Source of the DNA: Halarcobacter sp.
GTDB taxonomy: Bacteria; Campylobacterota; Campylobacteria; Campylobacterales; Arcobacteraceae
DNA: 64,000 nucleotides
Direction of reading: 5' to 3'
Assembly: GCA_963676565.1 (NCBI GenBank)
Contig: OY781089.1
Span: forward strand, 768,001 to 832,000
Positions within the stretch are counted from its first letter, which is position 1. Each line of letters starts with the position of its first letter. The notes below the pieces were generated by a model, which saw only the letters and a list, made by a program, of their open reading frames with translations, had not been told where the DNA came from and ran no database searches. Positions 1 through 9,722 of this stretch are shown piece after piece. Made by a program: the position numbers and the translations under genes.

Positions 1-1882
1 CATATGTAGAAACTTTTTGCTTACAATTGTAGTTTTTGAATATCTTTATATCATTTGTTTCAAGGGATAGTTTTATGATATTTAATGATTTATCAGCTAA
101 CTCTTCAAAGGAAACCGTTGTTTCTTCTTTTTCTGCTTTGAAAAAGTTTCTAAAGTCATCTATAGTAGAAGATAAGTGATTTGTATATGTAGATATTAAG
201 TTAAGTTCATCGTTAAGTTCTTTTGAATTTATCTCTTTCCCTACCATATTTTTAAGTAATAAAGCATTTGTAGTAGCTGATAAGGCAGTAAGAGGTTGTC
301 TCCACTGATGTGCTATCATACTTAACATTTCTCCTTGTTGCGCTAGTTTTTGTTGGTGCATTATTAGTAATTGTTGATTTTCAAGTTTTTTTTGTGCAAG
401 AACTTTTTCTGTTCTATTAATAATATATCCATTTATATGATTTAGGTTATTTTCATTGTCATAAGAGTATTGCCAATGAATAGATATGAATTTTAGTTTT
501 GTTATGTCTGAATCAAGGATTAATCTAAATTCAAATTTACTAATATCTTGTTTTAAAAGTGCTTGTTCTTTTATTTTCAACATATCTTCTCTATCCTCTG
601 GATGGACAAGATTAAAAAAATGTTCAAAACTAATTACATCTTCATCAACTTCATATATCTTTTTTGCAGGTTCATCTAAGTGTATAGTGTCATTATGCAT
701 ATCGTATGTCCATATACCCATTTTTGCTAGGATTTGCATCTCCTTTAGTTTTTGAGCATACTCTTTACTTTTGTTCTTTTCTGTATTGATACGATTATAA
801 ATACGAAACAAGATTAAAGAAAGAAAAGCAAAAGATTCTATTATTGAACCAATTTGCATACTTACAAGTCCATAACTAGTATCAATAATTCCCGTAAAAT
901 ATAAAGCACAATACATAGAGGTATTGATAAAAGTGAACATTCCAATAAAAATAAATAAACTATATTTTACTTTTTTAATAATCATATATAGTACAAATAA
1001 AAATAGAGATATCAATCCAAAATTTATTACCACTAGTTCAATAAAAAGATCAACATAATAACTAAAATTAAAAAGTAGTAAGATGATTCCTAATGAGCAC
1101 ATTGCTATTATTGCATGAAATAAATATTTTGTGAAACTGTATTTATTGACTTGTTTTTTAAAAAAGTTTTTAATAAATAAAGTAGTACCAATCAATGCTG
1201 CAAGTGCAAGAATCTCAGCATATTTAACTAAATTGGGGATATCTACGTACATTAAGATGTAACCAGAATGATATATCTGAAAAATCATAGTTATAAATAT
1301 AAAATAAATATAATAGATAAATAGTTTCTCTCTAAATATAAAAAATATGATTATGGCACTAGTTAAAATCAATGTCATTATAGAAAGATATATCATAAAA
1401 ACATTTTCATAAAAATCATTATATTTATCTACTTCATTATATGATTTAAAAATATCAAAGGCATAAGTTGCATTGTATTTAGGTAATATTTTTACAAAGA
1501 CTGTTTTAGTACTATTTTGTTCAAGTTCTACTTTAAAAGTATCTGTTACATATGGAAGTTGTTTGTTTTTAAATGAAACGCTTGAACCGCCTTTTAGAAT
1601 ATTGTTTTCATCATAGAGTTCTATTTTATAAAGAAAGGCTTCTCTAAATCTAATATATTGGGAGGAAGCATATTTTAAGTCATTTTCCAAAGTGATACTT
1701 AGCCAGATTACAGATTGTGTTGCTGCAAAACTTGGTCTATTTGTTTTCTTAAAAATTGAATGTTGGTTTTTTTTGATATAGTCTAATGTTTTATTTCCAT
1801 TTATATCTTCATATACTAAATATTCTGCATTTAAAAAAGAGAAAAAAAATAAAAGTATTAATAGTTTAAATTTCAAGTTCAT
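1..1882 (-). CDS. Sensor histidine kinase with 7TM-DISM-like extracellular/membrane input region, PAS-like segment and HisKA; 3' end runs off the window
   Basis: Absent from the ORF track because it has no stop in the window. Manual translation from ATG at 1882 gives a signal peptide MNLKFKLLILLFFFSFLNAEYLVYED, a hydrophobic multi-TM block (~820-1400) and an in-frame H-box GEMLSMIAHQWRQPL at ~290-335. Confidence 0.85.
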   Translation of the reverse strand, partial: MNLKFKLLILLFFFSFLNAEYLVYEDINGNKTLDYIKKNQHSIFKKTNRPSFAATQSVIWLSITLENDLKYASSQYIRFREAFLYKIELYDENNILKGGSSVSFKNKQLPYVTDTFKVELEQNSTKTVFVKILPKYNATYAFDIFKSYNEVDKYNDFYENVFMIYLSIMTLILTSAIIIFFIFREKLFIYYIYFIFITMIFQIYHSGYILMYVDIPNLVKYAEILALAALIGTTLFIKNFFKKQVNKYSFTKYLFHAIIAMCSLGIILLLFNFSYYVDLFIELVVINFGLISLFLFVLYMIIKKVKYSLFIFIGMFTFINTSMYCALYFTGIIDTSYGLVSMQIGSIIESFAFLSLILFRIYNRINTEKNKSKEYAQKLKEMQILAKMGIWTYDMHNDTIHLDEPAKKIYEVDEDVISFEHFFNLVHPEDREDMLKIKEQALLKQDISKFEFRLILDSDITKLKFISIHWQYSYDNENNLNHINGYIINRTEKVLAQKKLENQQLLIMHQQKLAQQGEMLSMIAHQWRQPLTALSATTNALLLKNMVGKEINSKELNDELNLISTYTNHLSSTIDDFRNFFKAEKEETTVSFEELADKSLNIIKLSLETNDIKIFKNYNCKQKVSTY

Positions 1883-2076
1883 AATCCGGAGTAATCAAAG
1901 GGTAAAGTTTTATAAGGGGAATATTACCATAAATAGGTTTATAGGAATAAATACTTAATTGATATCTAAATATGAAAAATAATATTAGTCAACAATTATT
2001 GCACCATGTTAAAATTTAAACATAGCATGTATAAAAAATAGGTATATTAAATGTACAATTAATGTTAAAAAATATC

Positions 2077-2105
2077 TTTACAAAAAAATCTCCAAGTTAT
2101 AAAAT
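2077..2105 (+). promoter_or_regulatory. Putative sigma70 promoter for the TRAP operon
   Basis: TTTACA (2077-2082), 17-nt spacer, TAAAAT (2100-2105). Confidence 0.45.
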
Positions 2106-2391
2106 ACTTTTACGAAACACATGAGGTACTAAACAATACTAAAATTACTAAACTTTAGTATCTGTAGTTCCCTAACTTTTGATTTCATAGATTTTTAGAA
2201 AAATGTTTATTTATCTAAAAAATAAAAGTACCTCACTTTATGTTTTATACTCTATTTTGAAGAAAATGAGTTTAAATAATTGTTCAAAAATAAAATGAAC
2301 TAAAAAAAATAATATTTTAAAGCTTATTTTCAAAAGAAAAGTCATGGTGGATTCATTTTGAATCTTAATTATGAAGGACTAAGGAAAAAAA

Positions 2392-3492
2392 ATGACTAAG
2401 AACAGAAGAGATTTTATAAAGAAAACAGGTTTAGCAGGAATAGGTGCAGCAATAGCAGCTCCATCATTAGCAAACGCAGCAGTATCAGAAAAAAAATTTA
2501 GATGGAAGATGACAAACTGTTATGGAGCAGGGGCACCATTTTATTCTACTGGTCCTGGAAGTGCAAGTTACTTTTGTGATAGAGTTGAAGAATTATCTAG
2601 TGGTAGATTAAGAATTAAACATTATCCAGCAGGTGAACTAATCCCAGCAATGGAAGGGTTTGATGCAGTTTCTAAAGGAACTATTCAAATGAACTGGGGT
2701 AACTCATTTTTCTGGGCAGGTAAAACTTTCGCAGCTCAATACTTTACAGCAGTACCATTTGGTATGAACTTCCAAGGAACAAACGCTTGGTTACAATTTG
2801 GTGGAGGTCAAGAGCTTTGGGATGAGGTATATAAACCATTTAATGTTATTGGTCTAGCAGCAGGTAACACAGGTGTTCAAATGACAGGATGGTTTAAAAA
2901 AGAGATAAATTCTGTTGAAGATTTAAAAGGTCTTAGAATGAGAGTACCAGGTCTTGCTGGTAAAGTTTTAGAACAGCTTGGAGTGGGAGTTAAACTTCTT
3001 CCTGGTGGAGAGATTTTCCCAGCTTTAGAAAGAGGAGTTATTGATGCAGCAGAATTTGTAGGGCCTTTCCAAGATAGAAGAATGGGATTACATAAAGCTG
3101 CAAAAAACTACTATACAACAGGATGGGGAGAACCAAGTAATACAAGTGAGTGTTTAATCAACAAAGATGCATGGGATTCTTTACCAAAAGATTTACAAGT
3201 TATTGTAAAAGCAGTTGCTGCAGAGTGTAATCTTATGGGATTATCTTGGTCTGAAGCAAACAACTCAGAAGCATTAAAAGATTTAGTTGAAAATGAAGGG
3301 GTAATAGCTAGAACTTTACCTGATGAAGTAATAGAAAAACTAAGAGAAACTACCTTTGCTACATATGATAAATTAACAGCAAAAGATCCTTTAGTAAAAA
3401 AAGTTCACGACAGTTACTTTGCTTTTAAAGCGATGCATGATGATTGGCAAAATAAAAGTGAAGAAGTTGTGATGACTAAGTTATCATCATGA
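2392..3492 (+). CDS. dctP: TRAP transporter substrate-binding protein (DctP/TakP-like), Tat-exported
   Basis: Twin-arginine signal NRRDFIK; GNTGVQMTGWF, LKGLRMRVPG, ALERGVIDAAEFVGP motifs of TakP-like proteins. Confidence 0.92.
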   Translation: MTKNRRDFIKKTGLAGIGAAIAAPSLANAAVSEKKFRWKMTNCYGAGAPFYSTGPGSASYFCDRVEELSSGRLRIKHYPAGELIPAMEGFDAVSKGTIQMNWGNSFFWAGKTFAAQYFTAVPFGMNFQGTNAWLQFGGGQELWDEVYKPFNVIGLAAGNTGVQMTGWFKKEINSVEDLKGLRMRVPGLAGKVLEQLGVGVKLLPGGEIFPALERGVIDAAEFVGPFQDRRMGLHKAAKNYYTTGWGEPSNTSECLINKDAWDSLPKDLQVIVKAVAAECNLMGLSWSEANNSEALKDLVENEGVIARTLPDEVIEKLRETTFATYDKLTAKDPLVKKVHDSYFAFKAMHDDWQNKSEEVVMTKLSS

Positions 3493-3998
3493 AAAACCTG
3501 GCTGTAATTTCAAATAAACTCGATGCGTTCGTTGAACGCATCGGTCAGATTAGTTCATGGTTAATATTTATTTTAGTTTTGATGGTTGCAGGAGATGTTC
3601 TTTTTAGATATTTTTTTCATATAAGTTCTATTGCAGAACAAGAACTTCAATGGCATATCTTAGCTGCTATTGCAATGTTTGGCTCAGCTTTTACTTTCCA
3701 ACAAAAAGAACATGTTCGAGTTGACCTTTTTTATCATCACTACAGTGAAAAAGTAAAACAAATGATGGATATCTTAATTCCTCTTTTTATAATAATTCCT
3801 TTTTCAATTTTTATAATTTATTTATCAAGTGACTATGTAATGCAGTCATATCATAATGGTGAAGTTTCTCCTGATCCTGGTGGACTACCATATAGATATT
3901 TAGTTAAATCATTAATTCCAATTGGATTTACTTTGATTTTTATTCAAGCTTTAGCTGTTTTATTTAAAGCAGTCTCAAGATTTATAGGGGAGAGATAA
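3489..3998 (+). CDS. dctQ: TRAP transporter small permease
   Basis: 4 TM segments, EHVRVDLFY and SPDPGGLP motifs, position between dctP and dctM. Confidence 0.92.
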   Translation: MKNLAVISNKLDAFVERIGQISSWLIFILVLMVAGDVLFRYFFHISSIAEQELQWHILAAIAMFGSAFTFQQKEHVRVDLFYHHYSEKVKQMMDILIPLFIIIPFSIFIIYLSSDYVMQSYHNGEVSPDPGGLPYRYLVKSLIPIGFTLIFIQALAVLFKAVSRFIGER

Positions 3999-4001
3999 TT
4001 A

Positions 4002-5327
4002 ATGGATCCACAAATTTTAGCAATTATGATGGTTGTATCTTTGTTTACCCTAATTATATTAGGAGTTCCTGTTGCCTTTGCTATTGCAGGTGCTGGACTT
4101 CTATTTGGAGTTATTGGTGTAGATTTAAATCTATTTAATCTTCTCCCTTCAAGAATTTTTGGAGTACTTACAAACTATACTCTTTTAGCAATTCCTCTTT
4201 TTGTTTTTATGGGAATACTTTTAGAAAAATCCCGTTTAGCTGAAAAGATGTTAGATGTTTTAGGACTTTTATCTGGTAAAAAACCTGGCGGGATGGCAAT
4301 TGCAATTATTGTTGTAGGTATTCTTATGGGTGCTTCAACAGGTATCGTTGGAGCAACAGTTGTAACTCTTACAATGATTGCCTTACCAACACTTTTAAAA
4401 AGAAATTATTCTCATAGTGTTTCTTGTGGGACAATTTGTGCCTCTGGAACATTGGGGCAAATTTTACCTCCAAGTTTAGTGTTGATTTTACTTGCAGACA
4501 TTAGTGGTGAAGCTATTGGCCCATTGTTCGCAGCAGCACTTATGCCAGGACTTTTATTGGCAACTTGCTACATTGTGTATATTATTATTTTAAGTAAGTT
4601 TGCACCACACCATGTGCCACCAATTGATGAAGAGGAAAGAAATACTTACACAAAAAAAGAGTTATGGATAGAGTTTTTTAAATCAGTTGCACCTCCATTT
4701 TTACTTATTTTTGCAGTATTAGGTTCTATTATTGGAGGACTTGCAGCCCCTACTGAGGCTGCTTCGATGGGAGCAATTGGTTCTTTGATAATTGTATTTT
4801 TAAGTAAAAGACTAAGTTTAGAAATTTTAAAAGAAACTTTATATGAAACTATGAAAGTGACTGGTATGATTATGTTTGTCCTTATCGCCTCTCAAGTTTT
4901 CGGATTAAGTTTTAGAGGATTAGATGGGGATTATTTAGTTGAAGATCTTTTTGATGCAATACCAGGGGGAATGTGGGGAGCAATTCTATTTATGATGGTG
5001 GTTTTATTTATTTTAGGGTTTTTCTTAGAATGGATTGAAATATCATATATTGTATTGCCATTAGTGTTACCTATATTTCATGCTTTGGATGTAAATATGA
5101 TTTGGTTAGGGATTTTAATCGCACTAAATCTCCAATCATCATTTTTAACTCCGCCCTTTGGTTGGTCACTCTTTTTCCTAAAAGGTGTAGCACCAAAAGA
5201 GATTAAAACAATGGAAATATATAAGGGAGTTCTTCCATTTATTGCAATTCAAATTATAGTAATTGCACTTGTGATGGTCTTCCCAGAAATAGCCCTTTGG
5301 CTACCAAAAGCAATAGGATGGATGTAA
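4002..5327 (+). CDS. dctM: TRAP transporter large permease
   Basis: LLAIPLFVFMG, SGTLGQILPPS, SFLTPPFG motifs. Confidence 0.95.
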   Translation: MDPQILAIMMVVSLFTLIILGVPVAFAIAGAGLLFGVIGVDLNLFNLLPSRIFGVLTNYTLLAIPLFVFMGILLEKSRLAEKMLDVLGLLSGKKPGGMAIAIIVVGILMGASTGIVGATVVTLTMIALPTLLKRNYSHSVSCGTICASGTLGQILPPSLVLILLADISGEAIGPLFAAALMPGLLLATCYIVYIIILSKFAPHHVPPIDEEERNTYTKKELWIEFFKSVAPPFLLIFAVLGSIIGGLAAPTEAASMGAIGSLIIVFLSKRLSLEILKETLYETMKVTGMIMFVLIASQVFGLSFRGLDGDYLVEDLFDAIPGGMWGAILFMMVVLFILGFFLEWIEISYIVLPLVLPIFHALDVNMIWLGILIALNLQSSFLTPPFGWSLFFLKGVAPKEIKTMEIYKGVLPFIAIQIIVIALVMVFPEIALWLPKAIGWM

Positions 5328-5328
5328 T

Positions 5329-6927
5329 ATGAATATAAGTTTACCAAAAACTCAAACTTCAAAAAATGGGATGGTAGTTTCACCTCATTTCGCAGCTTCA
5401 GATGCTGGATTAGATATTTTAAAGCAGGGTGGAAATGCCCTTGAAGCAACAATTGCAGTTGCCTCTTCTTTGGCAATTCATTACCCACATATGACAGGGA
5501 TTGGTGGAGATGCCTTTTGGTTAGTTTATGACCCACAAGAGGGTGTTAGTTTTATTGAAGCTTCTGGATACTCTGGGTTTGATGTGAATATGAGTTATTA
5601 TGAAGGTTTAAAAACAATCCCTTTTAGGGGAAGATTGGCAGCAAATACTGCTGCTGGTGCAGTTTCTGCTTGGGATTTAGCTTACAAAAAAAGTAAAGAT
5701 GAATGGGCTGGGAAAATCCCAGAATCAAAGCTTGTAGAAGAAGCAGTGAATTCTGCTAAAAATGGAATAGTTGTAACAAAATCTTTAAGTGAAACTTTAG
5801 AAGAGAAAAAAGAAGAATTAAGTGTTGATGAATATTTTGCAAAGGTTTATTACCCAAATGGAAATACTCCAAAAGAGGGTGAAAAACTTGTTCAAGAAAA
5901 ACTTGGAAATACTTTAGAAACTCTTGGGACTAATGGTTTTGATGATTTTTATAGGGGTGAGTTAGCAAAAGAGATATCAAGTGATTTTGAAAAAAGAGAT
6001 GCCTTATTAACAAGTAAGGATTTAAACGAACACAAGGCATCTTGGAACAAACCTTTGGAAATGAATATGAGCAAAGGAAAACTTTTTAATGCTTCTGCTC
6101 CAACGCAAGGTATTGCTTCCCTTATGATTTTAGGGCTTTTTGATAGATGGTGTGAAAAACTTCCATCAAAAGATTCTACAAACCATGTGCATCTTTTAGT
6201 AGAAGCTACAAAAATAGCTTTTAAACATAGAGACAAGATGGATACAAGTGCAAGTCCAGAAGAGCTACAAAAATGGATAGAACCAGAATACTTAGACAAA
6301 CTAAGTTTAGAGCTTGATTTAGAAAAAGCATTTCCTTGGGGAGAAAACGCAGCTCCTGGTGATACAACTTGGTTTGGTGTAATAGATAGTGAAGGTAGAG
6401 TTGTAAGTGCCATACAAAGTATTTACCATGAGTTTGGAAGTGGTTTAACTCTTCCAAATACTGGTATTGTTTGGCAAAATAGAGGTTGTAGTTTCGCCCT
6501 TGATTCAACTCATATACAATCTTTAGAGCCACATAAAAAACCATTTCATACTTTAAATCCTGCAATTGCATTATTTGATGATGGAAGAGTTATGGCCTAT
6601 GGAACTATGGGTGGAGATGGTCAACCTCAAACACAAGCAGCAGTTTTTTCTAGATATGCTTATTATGATGAAGATTTGTCAGCTTGTATAAATAACCCTA
6701 GATGGTTATTAGGAAGAACATGGGGAAATTCATCTCAAAGTTTAAAATTAGAGTCACGATTTGATAAAGAGTTAATTAATGAGTTAAAACAAAAAGGTCA
6801 TGATGTTGAGATATTAAAAGATTTAGATTCTGCAGTTGGCCATGCTGGAGCATTGGTTTATCATCCTTCTAAAACGATAGAAGGGGCATTTGACCCAAGA
6901 AGTGATGGAAAAGCTTCAAGCTTTTAA
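5329..6927 (+). CDS. Gamma-glutamyltransferase family Ntn-hydrolase, cytoplasmic, HpxW/oxamate amidohydrolase-like
   Basis: GGNALEA, PHMTGIGGDAF, autoprocessing site GDTT, QSIYHEFGSG, PFHTLNPA, GTMGGDGQPQ, DPRSDG; no signal peptide. Confidence 0.88.
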   Translation: MNISLPKTQTSKNGMVVSPHFAASDAGLDILKQGGNALEATIAVASSLAIHYPHMTGIGGDAFWLVYDPQEGVSFIEASGYSGFDVNMSYYEGLKTIPFRGRLAANTAAGAVSAWDLAYKKSKDEWAGKIPESKLVEEAVNSAKNGIVVTKSLSETLEEKKEELSVDEYFAKVYYPNGNTPKEGEKLVQEKLGNTLETLGTNGFDDFYRGELAKEISSDFEKRDALLTSKDLNEHKASWNKPLEMNMSKGKLFNASAPTQGIASLMILGLFDRWCEKLPSKDSTNHVHLLVEATKIAFKHRDKMDTSASPEELQKWIEPEYLDKLSLELDLEKAFPWGENAAPGDTTWFGVIDSEGRVVSAIQSIYHEFGSGLTLPNTGIVWQNRGCSFALDSTHIQSLEPHKKPFHTLNPAIALFDDGRVMAYGTMGGDGQPQTQAAVFSRYAYYDEDLSACINNPRWLLGRTWGNSSQSLKLESRFDKELINELKQKGHDVEILKDLDSAVGHAGALVYHPSKTIEGAFDPRSDGKASSF

Positions 6928-6939
6928 GGATGTATATTT

Positions 6940-7746
6940 ATGAATGAATTATTGATTTTAATCCCTATTTTACTTGCAAGTGGAGTAGTTGCTGGCTTGC
7001 TTGCAGGCTTACTTGGTGTTGGTGGAGGGATTGTAATAGTTCCGATGTTATATCATATTTTTATATATATGAATATTGATATCTCTATTGCTATGCCTTT
7101 AGCTATTGGAACATCACTTTCAACTATAGTTGTAACTTCAATTATCTCTGCACGTTCTCACCATAAAAAAGGTGGAATTGATTGGGAGTTAGCAAAAAGA
7201 TGGATACCTTTTGTGATATTTGGAGTATTACTTGGAGCATCCTCTTCAAAGTTTATTGATGGGACAAATTTAAAATTTATGTTTGGTATTTTGCTTTTAG
7301 TTGTATCTTTACATATGATTGTTAGTAGCTTCAAAAGTTTAGTTATTGCCCAATCTTTACCTGGTAAATTTGGTCAATCGATTTTTGCAGTACTTCTTGG
7401 TGGCTTTGCCTCATTACTTGGAATTGGAGGAGGGACACTTATGGTTCCACTTCTTTCACTATTTTCATTTCCAATTCATAGAGCTGTTAGTACGGCTTCT
7501 TTGTTTGGGCTTATTATTAGTATCCCTGCAACAATTGGTTATATAATCGTTGGATGGGATGTTGAAAATCTTCCTTTAGCTTCAACAGGTTATGTAAACT
7601 GGTTAGCTTTTGCAGTACTTGTTCCCATGACAATGTTTTTTGCTCCTTATGGAGTAAAGTTAGCATATAAATTAAATGTAAAGCAGTTGAAACTAGCTTT
7701 TGCTATATTTTTATTATGTGTTGGAATAAAGATGGTTTTTGTATAA
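6940..7746 (+). CDS. TauE/SafE family anion exporter
   Basis: Duplicated GLLGVGGG / LLGIGGG motifs, AIGTSL, about 8 TM segments. Confidence 0.9.
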   Translation: MNELLILIPILLASGVVAGLLAGLLGVGGGIVIVPMLYHIFIYMNIDISIAMPLAIGTSLSTIVVTSIISARSHHKKGGIDWELAKRWIPFVIFGVLLGASSSKFIDGTNLKFMFGILLLVVSLHMIVSSFKSLVIAQSLPGKFGQSIFAVLLGGFASLLGIGGGTLMVPLLSLFSFPIHRAVSTASLFGLIISIPATIGYIIVGWDVENLPLASTGYVNWLAFAVLVPMTMFFAPYGVKLAYKLNVKQLKLAFAIFLLCVGIKMVFV

Positions 7747-7756
7747 AACCATCTTT
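7728..7756 (+). terminator. Hairpin at the end of the TRAP-GGT-TauE operon
   Basis: AAAGATGGTTTT / AAAACCATCTTT 12-bp inverted repeat spanning the stop codon. Confidence 0.6.
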
Positions 7757-7830
7757 ATCACTCTTCTTACCACTAGATTTTTTAATTATAAACATAGTAT
7801 CTTTTTAACTTCTAATAAATAGGAGATAAA

Positions 7831-8112
7831 ATGAAAAAATTAATTTTACTATTTACCTTAGCTATTTTTACTATCTCAGCAAATGCTGTTAGTTTTTCAT
7901 GGCTTGAAGGAAAGTTCAAAAATGGTGGAACAATCGATTCAGTGATGAATGAAGTTGATGCCGCTGGATGGGATTTTAGAACTTATACTTGGATTGATGC
8001 TGCAGGTAGAGTTTGTACGGTTGTTTTTACAGAAAACAAAGGTGGAAATCCTGATTGTGATTTTCCTCCAAAAGATTTTGATTATGATGCTTTTTATAAA
8101 AAAATGAAATAA
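7831..8112 (+). CDS. Small secreted hypothetical protein with two cysteines
   Basis: AGGAG RBS, signal peptide ending ANA, 93 aa. Confidence 0.75.
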   Translation: MKKLILLFTLAIFTISANAVSFSWLEGKFKNGGTIDSVMNEVDAAGWDFRTYTWIDAAGRVCTVVFTENKGGNPDCDFPPKDFDYDAFYKKMK

Positions 8113-8128
8113 GAACTTAGGATAGATT

Positions 8129-9088
8129 ATGAATATAGTTGTAATTGGAGCAGGTGGAATTGGTGCTTTTTATGGGATGATTTTAGAAAAGTTAGGTTGT
8201 AATCTAACTTTCGTGGCTAGAAATGAAACCCTTGAGTTTTTAAAAAACAACAAGATGAAAGTAACTTATCAAAATGAAGTTCTTGAAAAGAAGATAGATA
8301 CTTACTCAATTGATGAATTAACCCAAAAATTTAGACCAGAAGATTTTGATGCAGTTTTTATAGCAACAAAGGCAATGAGTACAGAACAAATCTCAAAGAA
8401 ACTTGGTACTTGGACAAAAGATAGTACTAAGATTCCATATTATATCTCTTTACAAAATGGTGTTGAAAATGAAGATATAATGGAAAAATATTACAAAAAA
8501 GAGTATGTAATAGGTGGATTAACTAGACTTATTGTATCCCATACAATCTCTTTAGGTCATGTTCATTGTGAAGGTGAGGTTCAAACTTTAATTGGGGCAT
8601 TAAACCACACAAATGAAAATAAAAAATTTCTTGATGAATTAAAATTGATTCTTGATAAAACAGGAACAACAACTTTTATTTGTGAAGATATTAGACTAGA
8701 ACTTTGGAATAAACTTATAATAAACAATGGTGTTAATGCTATTTGCGCTTTAGTTCAAGAAGAATCTGGACCATTAATAAGAGATGAAAAAACATCAAAA
8801 TTAATATATGGACTTATGAGTGAAGCGGCAAAGGCTTCAAATGCTGTCGGGGTAAACCTTACTCAAGATGATGCAAAAAAGATGTTTGAACTTATGACAA
8901 ATTTCCAATCTGTAAAACCTTCTATGTGGGTTGATACTGAAAATAATAGAGATTTAGAACTTGATGAGATTTGTGGAGTTGTTATTAGAAACTGCGAGAA
9001 ACAAGGCTTTGATGCACCATATACAAGAACTATTTCTACACTTTTAGAGTTTACATATAATAAAAGAAGAGCTAAAATTAAGGCATAA
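8129..9088 (+). CDS. panE: 2-dehydropantoate 2-reductase (ketopantoate reductase family)
   Basis: GAGGIG Rossmann motif, SLQNGV, LWNKLIIN, PSMWVD, ELDEICG. Confidence 0.88.
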   Translation: MNIVVIGAGGIGAFYGMILEKLGCNLTFVARNETLEFLKNNKMKVTYQNEVLEKKIDTYSIDELTQKFRPEDFDAVFIATKAMSTEQISKKLGTWTKDSTKIPYYISLQNGVENEDIMEKYYKKEYVIGGLTRLIVSHTISLGHVHCEGEVQTLIGALNHTNENKKFLDELKLILDKTGTTTFICEDIRLELWNKLIINNGVNAICALVQEESGPLIRDEKTSKLIYGLMSEAAKASNAVGVNLTQDDAKKMFELMTNFQSVKPSMWVDTENNRDLELDEICGVVIRNCEKQGFDAPYTRTISTLLEFTYNKRRAKIKA

Positions 9089-9190
9089 AAAAAGGCTCCT
9101 TTTGGAGCCTTCCCTGATTTTTCGGAGAAATGATATTAATTCGCTTTTTAATATTTAAGATAGGAGTTCGCGGTTCCCTCTCAACCAATA
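9087..9190 (-). ncRNA. Putative small RNA, paralog 1
   Basis: Minus-strand TATAAT at 9196-9201, 5' hairpin TTGAGAGGGA...TCCTATCTTAA, intrinsic terminator AAGGCTCC-AAAA-GGAGCCTT followed by a U-tract; 29-nt core identical to paralog 2. Confidence 0.65.
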
Positions 9191-9258
9191 CTTATATTAT
9201 AATGGATGAGAATTAATCATTTAGTAATGTTTAATTAATAAAAGGTTAACAAACTTAC

Positions 9259-9459
9259 TTATTTGTAATTTTCTTCTAAATCTCTCCATGTTAAATCTTT
9301 TTCAATTTTCATTTGATAAATATGTTTTGGAGCTGGAAATTTAAGTTCAACTGGTAAAGAAGCCCACTCTTGTACACTCATATCATTAAAATGATCCATT
9401 AATTGATGTTCTAATTCATTTGAAATTTCAACCATTTTTACTGATTCAACTCTTTTCAT
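9259..9459 (-). CDS. Small hypothetical protein (66 aa) between the two sRNA units
   Basis: AAGGAG RBS about 7 nt upstream of ATG; not overlapped by other genes. Confidence 0.65.
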   Translation of the reverse strand: MKRVESVKMVEISNELEHQLMDHFNDMSVQEWASLPVELKFPAPKHIYQMKIEKDLTWRDLEENYK

Positions 9460-9580
9460 TTTAAACTCCTTGTTTATTTTTATATGAAATTGTATTAGTT
9501 CAAAATGATATTAAAGTGATGTTTTGAACATATGCTCAAAACTTAAGTAAAAGTTTATTATTTTAAGGGATTTTTTAGGC

Positions 9581-9682
9581 AAAAAAAAAGGTTCCTATTG
9601 GAACCTTCAAATTTTGGAGAGTTTTAAATTCGCACATTAAACTTTATTTGAGATAGGAGTTCGCGGTTCCCTCTCAACCCAT
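9581..9682 (-). ncRNA. Putative small RNA, paralog 2
   Basis: Minus-strand TATAAT at 9689-9694, 5' hairpin TTGAGAGGGA...TCCTATCTCAA, terminator AAGGTTCC-AATA-GGAACCTT followed by a U-tract. Confidence 0.65.
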
Positions 9683-9722
9683 AAGAAAATTATAATAGAT
9701 GAGAATTAATCATTAAGTAATA

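Noticed and set aside
486..755. 89-aa plus-strand ORF
   Set aside because: Antisense shadow of the minus-strand histidine kinase
5249..7546. Short ORFs 5249-5536, 5949-6413, 6221-6571, 7346-7546
   Set aside because: Antisense or out-of-frame overlaps of well-supported genes; no motifs
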